A stretch of 64,000 nt of DNA from Phoronis australis (taxonomy: Eukaryota; Animalia; Phoronida): contig NMRA01000143.1 in NCBI GenBank assembly GCA_002633005.1, forward strand, positions 439,402-503,401, in the 5' to 3' direction. Shown one piece after another: positions 42,301 through 54,300 of this stretch. The position numbers and the translations under genes were made by a program. Under the pieces are notes generated by a model. The model was not told the DNA's origin, made no database searches, and saw only the letters and a list, made by a program, of their open reading frames with translations. Position 1 is the stretch's first letter. Every line of letters begins with the position of its first letter.

Positions 42301-45300
42301 GGTACTCCTGGAACCGGTCGTCGCTAGGTTTAGCGGCTGTGTGGACGCTGTTTAAACTAGTGAACCTTAGCCCTCTTGTGACAACTTACTCCACCTTAAG
42401 GTGACTGGTAGTAGGGTAACTTGCACCACTTCTAATTCCTGTGTGGCCATAAACCTCTTGCCAGGCGGATCCGAAGTAATTATCATGTCATACAGACAGG
42501 GTTTTTTTGCACACCGCATTCGCAGTAGGTTTCATTGTTTCACACTCAGTGACAACTTCCGCTTTACCCTAGTTATCGGATGTGTATGTGTGGATGCTTC
42601 ACTTAAAGTGGGTTAAGTTGCAATAGTGCAAGATCTATGTTTTCATTAAGGGGGGATTTAGGATTGGCGCGAATCCGAGGCGTGTAGTGCCGAGCAGTTT
42701 GAAGGTCGGGAGTGCGTTTCCCTTCTCCCGTGTAAGATTTTTTTGTTTGTTTTTAGTAGCTGATTTCGTTGTTCTGGCGACATTTTTTTATTTTTTATTT
42801 TTGATCCTGTTCCGAGGGGGGATTTGAACCCTCTGTATTGCTTTCTAAAAAGACCTTTAAAGGTGATCTCTGCAAAATATTTGCTTGAACGTTCATGTGA
42901 TATAATTTATTAGTTTTATTGTTGATCACGTCCAGCTTCATGACGCGGTCTTTCGTTTAAAGACAAGAATATTAAAACCCCTTGTTGCAGCGCCACATCA
43001 ATTATTTTTTTTTGTATTTTGGGATTCATTCTTCTCAGTGATTTTTACTACAGCCAGTCTGTGTCTCCTATATTTTGTCCACTGTTTGCTTGGATGACTT
43101 GATTTGTCTAATTTAACCATACTTGTTGTGGTTGAGATATAAACTTTTGACACGACCTAAATGTGGCTGGGTTTGGCTTTAAGTATTGAAAATTAGAGAA
43201 ATTATCTTTCAGTGATGTCCGTCTGAGATGCTTAACTTCATACTTATTAAAACTTTGTGAAAAGTAATTCTACAAAACCTTTTTGTATGTAGTTGTCGTA
43301 TAACTTCCTTCAATAAAACTGCAAACTTTCTAAAGTATTTGCAAAAACTCGTGATTTTTATTGACCACAAAACTGATATATTCCTGATTTTCTCACAGTA
43401 TTAAAAAATTAATGAGTTAATTTGTGTTTTTATGTTATAGAACAAATTATGGAGATTCCACAAGCTCTCAAGCAGAAGAAATGAATTAATTTGTTTAATT
43501 TTTGTTATCAAATCAAAAACATATACCTTTGACATATTTGTCTCATGGGAGCTTTCAAAAGAATGTTCTAAATGGCACTAGTGGAGAAGTACTCCACTTG
43601 CGATGTTCTGATGATAAGAAAAGGAGATCTCTGACAGAAAGTTGTTCACCTGCGTGGGGGAGTTGTTTGCAGAATAGGGTTCGTGATCACCTGACTGCAT
43701 GCATTTTTCAGGTACTGTTTCACTAGCACCACCTTGTGAACATTAGTGAACTTAATCCAATTGTTGTTCTCCTAGGAATGCTCGCAGCGCCCCCACTTCT
43801 CCTGAGACCCAACGTAAGATGTTACCGCAGTTTGCGGGCTCAGCAAACAACTTGGACCGGCTAGGGAACCATACAAAATCAACATTCGAAAAGCAAGCGT
43901 GAGTATTATTTGTGTTCACTGTTTTTCTCACAACTTTGGCATTGGCAACTAGTCTGGCAACAAATTCGAACTTGAAACTGTAAAAGGGTGCCCCTCTAAG
44001 CCCTTTATGGAAACGTCGTTTAGTACTGCTTTGGTTGGCATTGAGATGAACATGCTTCCTTCATAACCAGTGACTTCACTTCAACGCATGAAGACTGTTC
44101 ATACAAAACGCTAGGTCTGAAATTTGAGAAACATCACAAACACCATAATAGCACATGTCCCAATCCTCACAACCAGGAAAGTTCAATTTCTTCCGCAGTT
44201 TCGGTGTGTCAAATTTCAGAGGCTGTACCAAAAGGGACGACGTTTTGCCATAGGCATGAATTCATTTTGAAACCTGGAACTCAACAATAAATGACACCTG
44301 AAAAGGTGCATAGGAATAACACCTGAGGTGCTCAGTCATATTTTGTGACTTGTTGGTCTATAATACACAGTTGGTTTGACATCAGCTAACACTTACTGAG
44401 TTGTTGTGTATCAGTCAACGTGCCAGTGACGTGCAAAGGAAGACTGATAAGGTTCTGTGATGGAAACATCAAAAAGGAAGTATCAGACGGTGTAAGTGAT
44501 TTTATGATTGTCAAATTTCCGTGGACAGGAAAAATCCTTCAGTATGCACTTTTATGAGTCAAATTATTTTCGTTCCCCAGAATGAAATAAATTTGAAGTT
44601 TGCACCTTAAAATTACAAAGACAGTGTTGGTGTGCGTAATATACTGCTCATAATATGTGGATGCATGTTGACATCATCTCTGTCTCACTACGTATCTGTG
44701 GCTGTATCTCCTGAAACTGTTTCGAGGTCTTTTGGAAATTTAGCAAGTGTATTCCTGTTAACTTGACAAGAGATGGACACCCCCAGAAGCATACCACGGG
44801 CGCATTTCAACGTTCTGTCTTGCTCTTATTTTTTACTTTTTATGCTCTTGCATGAAGTCGTGATGGGGGATTCTTTCGCTTCCATCTTGGAGTCTCTAAG
44901 GCTCACAGCCAATGTAATATTAAGTCCCGTTCAGCATCAACTTTTGATCCACCGCAACTGACACGGAGCAACTTGATCAGTGTCAATTGGCCGTTTTTCA
45001 CACACAATTTCAAGTGCAATACATGTGCTTAGGTTTTCAAATGGCGGCAGCTGTAGACAGAGAACCCGTATGTAGGTCATTGCACAAGCGCAGTAGAGAT
45101 GGTCCTTTCCGCCTTGCCCCAGTTTCGCGTTTAGACATGTAATTGACACAGAGCAAGATGTTCGAGCGCAACGTGCTCTACCTCACAAAGGGATGGCAAA
45201 AGCTGTCACCGCGGTGTCAATTTGCTCCATGTCAGTCCCATTTACACACTGATTCCGTGTCAGCTAATCCGTGTCCAGTCAACTTTTTTGTGTATAAAGG

Positions 45301-48300
45301 GTGTATGAAGTTGACTTCAGTGCTGGCATTAATTTAAAAGTTATTTGAAATTCATTTCATGGTTCCCATTAATAGAAGTTTTGCTCAATTAGCTTTGATG
45401 ACACCTATTTGCATGACATATTTCAGCTCCAGTCCTGAACTACTCAAACTTCAAGCCAAGAGTGTATCAAGGGTAGGTTTTCTCAATTTCTAAGAAATCA
45501 ACGTTTCTCACGCACAAACGATGTGCAGTTTGTGTTTTGCTTCACGTGTTAATCACTAGGTTAAAACCACTTTTAGCACTATGTCAACAACTTTGGAAAG
45601 TGTTGTGACCTGAGACTAAACTAATCGTTTGTTGCCATTTTGCTTTTTTAAGTCCAACTTTGCTGCAAGAAATTATCAAAAATTTATAGCTTCATAATGA
45701 CTTACTGGATAAACCATACTGCTAACGAATAAAATGATATATCGCTTTTTGCTGTGTTGTGTCTAGTGAGGACTTACAATGTCTCGAATTCAACTATCCT
45801 GTTTTGCAGAGGTTGAATTCAGTTCATTGTATGTTTGGTCTTAATATTTGAAAGTCAGGACCACTGACCTTAGACTAGTGAGCAACGTTGATTGTATCCT
45901 TAGCTTTCCTCATCTTTTAAATTGTAATGTTTACTTCACTATTATGATTCACTATGTAGTCATTGACCCTGTCCTTTTCACTCATCTTTTAAATTGTTTA
46001 CTTCACTATTATAATCCACTATGTAGAAATAAGACTTTATTTGCATAAGAATGACAAATGGCGAAACAATTTCGATTTGAATAGTGATTGCCAGAGGATT
46101 CAACAAATGCCCTGCTTATGTGCAGCAGAGCAGGTAACAGGGCTTGGATTTGTCCTCTAGTTAGGGGATTTCCTCTTCTTGATTTCCAGTTTTCTCTTTT
46201 TTTCTTTTTTATGATTACTTTAGCTTTATTCATGTAAAAAAATATTTCACTTAATTTATTCTGCACAAAAAATATTCCTATCGTACAAGCCTATTTGTGG
46301 AATGATAAATCACCGGGAAAATTTTCCTTTTTTTGCCACTGATCATTCCAAGCCCTGAAGTAAATACTACACAGTATGAGAGGGCGCTGCTAGAAAAAGC
46401 TGTTATAGTTACTGGTTCCTTCAAGAACTTCAATAGCTTGATGTGTACTTGCACACTGTATGTTATTGAGTGTAATTTGCAAATGAGGGTTTATTTGCCG
46501 CTTTCTCATCTTCTTGTTTGCCCGTTTGTCAGACAAATTGACTTAATTGTGGGAATTAGCTCTATTTTGATCAATGGAGACAAAGCATTTAATACTAGCA
46601 TGTACCTGCATGAAAAAATGAGCAAAAAATATTTCTTTCAACAAAAAATTATACATAATGTGCTGGTAGATTGGGAATAGGGTTATCTGCATCATGTTAT
46701 TTTAACCAAAGTTTTGCAATAATTCTATCGCAACATCAGTATTTCTCTTGAATGTTAAATTGGCGTGTACCAAAGCTTCAGCTTCGTAAAGGTTTGATAG
46801 TCTAACCAAGTTAGGTGCAATCATACATTCACTATAATCTCTGTTTATAGTAGGTTTCAATGCAGTGTAACAACAGTGTGCGTAAAGTTAACGGAAGGAT
46901 TAAGCTGGCTATGTTTCTGTGCCCAGGCTGTAAACGACCTGTTGCTTCAGCACTTGACGTACATGTAAGAAACACTTAGGTTATCTGAAATAACAAGCAT
47001 GTATTTTCTGTGGCCAATGGTTGATTAAAAATGAATTATTTTATTATTTAGAGGTTATCTTATCTGTGAACTAGGGATCTCCAAATGATGTGTTAATTTC
47101 AGGTTGCTATTTTATTCTAGTATCTGTGCAATCCAAATCATTGAGGCGCCCTGTTCCATGAGTACATGTAAAGAGTAGCCAAAGAATGGAACGTTTCTCC
47201 ACACATGTGAACACCTAGTTAATGCCAGATAGGCACTCATTGAATGCACATTGGACGGTATCTTTTTAGCAAGATATCTTGAAAGGGCAGATCGTTTTTA
47301 ATTAGTTGTATATAATTGACTGCATGTCGTGAATGCTGATAGCAGTCAAAAGAAGGGTCTTGTGTGCTGTCTCAGTTTTGCAGCTTTCTCGCAAGTGTTG
47401 AAGCTATGCTTTTGATTCGTGCCATTCAAGAGTTGTGATGGCAGACTTTAACTCGCCAATTACGCTAGTGGGAAAGTGGCAAAAACGTGAATTTTTGATA
47501 AAGGGATGTATTTCCTACTTTGTCTTGCAGGACGCAAGCCCGAGGTTCAGTAAACCCAACATCAAGTTTCACAAGTGTTTTAAAGATGCACCGTCCACTG
47601 AGATCGCTTTTGACTGTGAGTATTTCTCGCATTGTCTTCTCGAAAGTGCTGATAGTTGTGAGCTTGACAACATAACAGTGTTAATTCTCTTAGTATTGCA
47701 AAAAGTGGTATGGTTCTAAAATCAGTTGAGGCCCACTACATTGCTACGAAAAATCTAAATCTCGACAAAATCTTACAGAATGTTCTAGTAGGTTAAGTGT
47801 TGGCCGCCTCTTCACAAGGTCGAATCCCACTTGACACCGCAGCTAGACATTGAGACGGGTCTCTAAATCTTCAGCTCGCTCTCATTTTTTGTATATGTTG
47901 GTGCAGCTGACACTGCAGAGCGTCCTGCGCATGTCTAAAGCAACATGTTTCAGACCAGCTGTGCTAAAGTGTTGTTCGTGACTGTTGTGCTGAAACACCG
48001 TACCTTTAATACGCACCAAAAGTAATCGGACAAAAATTGATTTCTGCATCTTGATGGGTAACTTCTTGTCGTGACTTGTCATTCCAGTTAGTTCGATGGT
48101 GAATTGCTCTGGCACTTAGCGGCCAAGAGGAGCCATCCTGCCTGTGATCTACCATTGTCTTGTCTGACTGTGTGCTGTTAGTGTTGATGTGTTTGTTTAT
48201 GAATTTTGCTGAGGGTTTGGCAACATGATATTACATGTTTTGCCTTTGACGACTACCACGTTTGCATTTAATGAGTTCCATGAGGGGCGGCCTCTCATAA

Positions 48301-51300
48301 AGCACTAGCATTTGTGATGTTTGAGATGTTGCCCGAGACATAGGAGGGGCGGATCCAGGATTTTGAGTTAGGGGGAGGCCAGAGCACAGGAATAACCAGA
48401 ATTTTGTCACAGCCGAAAATGTAGGGATGAAGGGGTCTCGAATTTTTGGGTTTGTGGACCTTGTTATTAAAAAAACGGTAACTGGGAATTGTTTAATCCC
48501 TAAGCATTGTGCATTCACCCCCTGAGCCCCCCTAGGTGCGCGCATATGCTAGGCGGCAATTCAAACCTCGAACTGCCAAATGGTATCTGGGAGAATTTTA
48601 AGGGGGGGCCATGGACCCCTTGGCCACCCAAATCCGCTACCGCATAGATCCTTATCAGCCTTCTATCAATGACACTGTATTTCTCTGTAATACCTGTCTG
48701 AAGCAAAAGTCGGGATTAGCTATGCACAGCAATTCCTTACTGAATGAATTGCATGACTCTGAATTGAATTACCGTAGATCGTTTGAGCTGATATAGGAGA
48801 TAATGAACAGCAAGGATTTCCTGAGAGCCTGCCCATGGTGTCATTTCTGTCTCTTTCATTTGCAGGCTTCTCGTGTGCTCTAGTCACCGACCTGCTACTT
48901 CAGGGCCACCTCTTCATCTCCGATAACTGGTTCTGTTTTTACTCGAAAATTCTGGGCCGCGAAAAACAGGTAAGTTCTGGACTGTTTATGTGAAACAATC
49001 GTGACGTAACTCAACCTTCGGTCACATTTGGACATTCTCAGACGAAATAAATTCTCATTAGGATATGGCAGTAGTATTCCTTTGTATGTGGGAGAACCGA
49101 TTGATATATTAATCTTATTATCTTATTTCAGATTGAAATACCTGTGGGAAAAGTGCGAAGTATTACACGTAAGAAGACTGCCTTCTTCATTCCAAATGCA
49201 ATCAAAGTCACCACAGACGATGGCAAGGTACACTCCACTGTTGTTGTTTAAAGCCCATGATTACATACTTGTCTCTCTGACACACTGCTAACTTTCACTT
49301 TAAAACCTGTATCATTACAAATTGACTGGTCTCAATTTCCTCATATCATAAGTGGTTTCATTCATATCGCAGCAGATTTCTTTCGCATGAGAGGCGATTT
49401 CACTCACGTCATAGGTGATTTTACCCGTGTCCGAGGTGATTTCTATTGCCTTAAAAATGATTTCTCTCACAGCAGAAGTGATTTCACTCTTGTCAGAGGG
49501 GATTTCATTCATATCAGAGGTAGTTTCACGCAAATCCGAGGGCATTCCGCTGACTTATGGGGGTGGTTTCCCTCATGTTAAAGCCTTAGGGTAACTCACT
49601 CATATTAGAGGTGTTTTCTCTTAGTTACATGTTGGAGGTGATTTCAGTCATGTTGGCAGATTTCTCGACTTGATATTTCCAACTGCTCGAGACTGGCTCA
49701 TTAATTTGGCTCAAGCCAGCTGGTCATTTTATGGTCAACCAGTAAATTCTCATATAACTGATAATCAAGTTGATTTCAATTTTATAAGGGTGAGTGACCC
49801 GAGTTAAAAATTAGTTGTTTTGATTAACAGCCTGACAAAGGTCAGTTCAGCTCCCATTTGCTTATGCTCTATACCCCTCATATTTCACCAGTTACTCGTA
49901 TAAAATATCTTCAGTGGGTCTGGTTGCGTCTGACTTGTGCAAGTTCAACTGCATTGCAACAATCATTACCATGGTTACCCAGTACAACTTGTGCCCTCGA
50001 CCCTCCGATATCACCTACTCGCAGGAAACATTCTGTTTCTGCTTGGAGCAGAGTTGTGCATATTTTGCTGCCCATCACAGTAACATTACTGGCATCCTTG
50101 TTCTTATTGTCAGTGTTACTTTGATACTTTTTGTACGGTTATCTGTGTATGTCATTATCATTATCATTATGATTGTTATAATAATCATTATCATTATCCC
50201 TATCATCATTTTTATATTATTATTGCTATATTTTATCATCACTACTGTTGTTATTATTATTATTAATATTATTATTATTATTATTATTATTATTGCTATA
50301 TTTTATCATTATTATTATTATTGTTACGGTCATTATTATAATTATCGCTATATTTCATCATCATCATCATTATTATTATTACCTTTGTGTGTGCATTTAG
50401 GATCATGAACCTAACGTGAAGCTGCCTTCATAACCAGAATGCGCCTGTGTTAAACACTTGGATAAAGCAGGGCATTATTAATTATTTTGTCCAAGTGAAA
50501 CACTTGACTTGTTCATTGTAAAATGTCAGTCTTTAGTGCGTTTCTGTTTTAATAATTACAGTCGAATGAGCAGTACTAAGACTGAACAAAAACACTAACA
50601 AAATACCCACTGTAAGACATGCGCATATTCAAGGGAGGGCTGCATGTGACTGCATGTGCAAAATGTTTATTTATAAAACGCATTGTTTTGCATACTAAGA
50701 GCGTGGGCTTGAATGTGTGTGTGTACCATAACAAACTAAAGGCTCATGTTCGAATGCTCTGTTCCAGTACTTGTTTGGGTCGCTTATCTCCCGAGATGCT
50801 GCCTTTAAGTTGATGGTCTACGTCTGGAAAAACTTTGACTCTTCAGTAAGTCTTACAGCCACACCAGTGTTGGCGAGTGCTAACTGTGAGGGGGGGTCAC
50901 AGGTGTTTCTATAACCCGCTGTAGTGTGGTGATTTGGTGGGATTAACTGGAACAAATTTCAATGTAGACTGAGAAACCAAGGACATTTTGATTTTCATTC
51001 ACAGATTGTTTACTTTACTGATAGTTTGTTTTTATTATTAGTACTGTAACATTTTTAGTGTTGTTTTGCGACATGTTGTAACAGTTATTACTGCTGTTAT
51101 TGTTATTTAGTCGTTTTAGTTGTTATTCAAGCCCAATAACATTTTCCATAATACAGCATCAACATGAGTCGCTAAATCCAATTTCTATTCTCTCTTAAAG
51201 CTGCTGTGTCCATCTTTTGTCAAAAAAGACTCACTTTTAGATTAGGGCATGGACAGTTCTAAAATAGGCTTCAACTTGTCTCATAGTCATAGTAGAAGTG

Positions 51301-54300
51301 ATTTTTAGGCTGGGAAAGTACCAACACTTCATCATTGCTGGAGATCGGACTTGGCATGTCAAGTGATGCACCATGTCAAGCCAACGGTTTGAGTCTGGCC
51401 TGGAGTAGCCATAAACTATCAGTTCTTCCAAAGCTCATCAATCACTTCTTAGCTGAGCAAGGAACCACTTGATACCAGTTTCACAAGGGAAAGTGGTCTA
51501 AACCCAATTAAAGTTACTTTTTAGTTCATAGATATGTTAACCAGTAAGTGGGTGTAAAGTTACAATGAGTAAGATGTTTTTGATATCTGCTGCTACTTAG
51601 CTCATTTTATACTTGTTTTATTAAACTTGATTATGGTTTTTGCTATCACAGGCGGTAGCGGACCCGGACCAGAATGACAGTGACGAGAATTCCCTTGATA
51701 TCTCACCCGACGGAGTCCATGCAGCTGACCACGGTGTTCCATTGCCATTCCCTGACCTCCCTGCTGACACTGTCTCCACGGATACCTTGTCAGAAGAAGG
51801 ATCAGAGGTCGCTTCAACTGCGGACACTTCGTTGCCCATTTGCCTAAACGGAAGGCCGCCATTGGTGGAGAAGTCGGCAAGTTCCACGCAAACCAGAGAT
51901 GAAATCGACTTCAGTGAGAATGGGAATCTCGGCTGGAGGAGGCAGTTTTATCGTCGAGTTAAAAATTGTGAGAGACGCTACATTATTGACCGATTCTTGG
52001 TTCATGAAATTGAACTACATTCTGATAACTTGTCAAGTTTGCAGTAGTTTTCAAAATAGCAGAGAAGAAATTTCATCTACTTTTTTGACAGCTGTTGTAT
52101 GTAACTGTTTCAAACCATGGTGAACCATGTGTACATTTTTTAAAGCTGATATAAAGACATATTTTCATTAAGGAAATTTAGCTTTTGATTTTGACCATTT
52201 GCTGCCATTATAAAACTGATCTTAATTAATTTTGGCTTGGTTTGTCAGTACTTGGGAGCATGGCTTGTCCCATACGTTCACCCACTGTGACAAGAACATA
52301 TGAAGCGTGGCCTCATGCATGCAGTTAAATCTCGTCAATATAGACACAATATGACAGACGGGTGAAATTTTATGAAAAAAGGAGAATTTTTCTCTTTTTT
52401 GATAAAAGAAGTAGACCAAATAAATATTCTTATAGTTTTTAATTTCTATACCGTATCTACCACCACACTGTGTTTTTGGAGAAATTGTCGTCATTCACAC
52501 AACAATAGAAGCCTTTGAAAAATGTGAAAATACTAATTTTGGGAATTTTTTTGTCTGGAATTGGTGAGAGTGTATGGTTATGGCTTTTTAATGAATTGGT
52601 GTGTCTGAGAAACAGGATCAAATCCTGTGTACAGTGGTAGACTGCGATTGCTGGCTGTGAGCAGTTTCTAACAGGTTAAAAAGGTTCTGAAAAAAGCCAT
52701 GTACATATGAAACTGTAGTGCAAAATCATGTTTCACCATTGCTTTCTTTGTTTTGTTGTTTTATCATCTGTCTTTCAACATTTTGATTTACTTTGTACAG
52801 GTATAAAATTTGATTACGACAAGGAACGAGTCTTAACATTAACCAGGTAAGTACATTTAGTTATAAACTCCGTCTGTCATTTGAGATAGTGTTCGTGTCA
52901 TTGTTGTCAACCACGCTATTAGAATGGTTTTGTAAACAAATAAGTAAACGTATTTGGAAACATACATGTTCAGTAAATGGTTACACATAGACACACCTGA
53001 CTTATGTGGTTACATGTACACGCACCTGACTTAAGAGCCACGCACACGCACCTGCTTAAATTTGCAAATGCATGTGTAAGTCTACTATTACCAGTGGCCA
53101 CCGGGGCAGAAGACAATGGTGTCCCTCTCTGTTGGCCAAGTTTGTGCTGTCCCCACCTCCCCCAGTCGTTACTATTATTCATTTTCATTTTCTTTCTATT
53201 CCACAGGTCATATATCAACACAAGTACCCTTGTTGCCATCTGTTGTGCACTGTGAGTACTAAATTTTTTTGTTCTGTTCATGGAAGACCTGAGTTATCTC
53301 ATATTGATATCCGGACATTCAATTTGTTAGAATTGCTTCTTTAACTGTCGCTGTCTTCATATTTGCATAGCAGATTCAAGAATTATTTGTCGTAGTTGTT
53401 ATCCACTGATATATGTATGTATACGTGTGTGTGTGCGTGTGCGTGTGCAAACAATGCCTTTGTATTGCCATTGTTAGGAACATAGCCTGGGTTATGTAGG
53501 ACCCTCGAAAAATGGCCAAATTTGGCAAACTTGGGAATGTTACGTCTCAGAAATGTTTGATAAGATTCATGTGTCATGTGTAAGTTTCAGGTGCTCTGCT
53601 TTACGCACTGTACTCTGAAATGCTTTTAGAAATTGTTTTAATATTTTCCACTGCTGCACTGGGTCTGTGATTTTTATGAAAAAACTTAAAAGTTGCATAA
53701 AACAAAAGCAAATAATTTGGAAAATATTTTTGTCATTCGATATTCAATCAGTATGTTTTTCTTCCAGTGTGGTCGTTTTGCTGATATCAGCAGTTATTCT
53801 CTCATACAAGATTCTCAGCCTTGAAGCGAGGCTCTCTGGAAATACGCCATATCAGAACGAGCAGTAAGTTCTCCGTACATTTCTCACTTGGTTGAATGTT
53901 AGACTGTTTTAATTTTTTTGTGACTGCCAGAATTACTCTGAAGGCTGTGTTTACATGTTGAATTCTTTGTAATAGTTGCTTGCAAGGGTCCATCCAGTGC
54001 CCGGTTGCATGAAACAGTCTCAAATAAGGACTCAACTAAGTTACCTAAATCTTTTTCGTATTTGTTTTGTTCTTTAGGATGCAATATTTTTTCTATTATT
54101 TTATATTCATTATGAACTCTTCTTTGAATAATGGCATTTTATATATCTCAAAACCGAGCCCTTAATTCAGTCAAAACATTTAAGCACTTAGTTCTTAAAT
54201 TAGGGGCGTTGCTTGAAAAGATCCCTACTCATTTTTATGCGCCCACATATTTATATATGGATGTATACTGCCGTCATCTCTGTCTGGGCGTCCGGCGTCC

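Noticed and set aside
49315-49581. Heptad-repeat-like ORFs on both strands
   Set aside because: Products of the 21-bp minisatellite; the GRAM exons on either side join in frame without it.
49914-50408. 164-aa hydrophobic ORF resembling a membrane protein
   Set aside because: Poly-Ile/Tyr comes from the (ATT)n microsatellite in an intron.
51602-51887. Minus-strand ORFs of 88-92 aa
   Set aside because: Antisense shadows of the real + strand linker exon.
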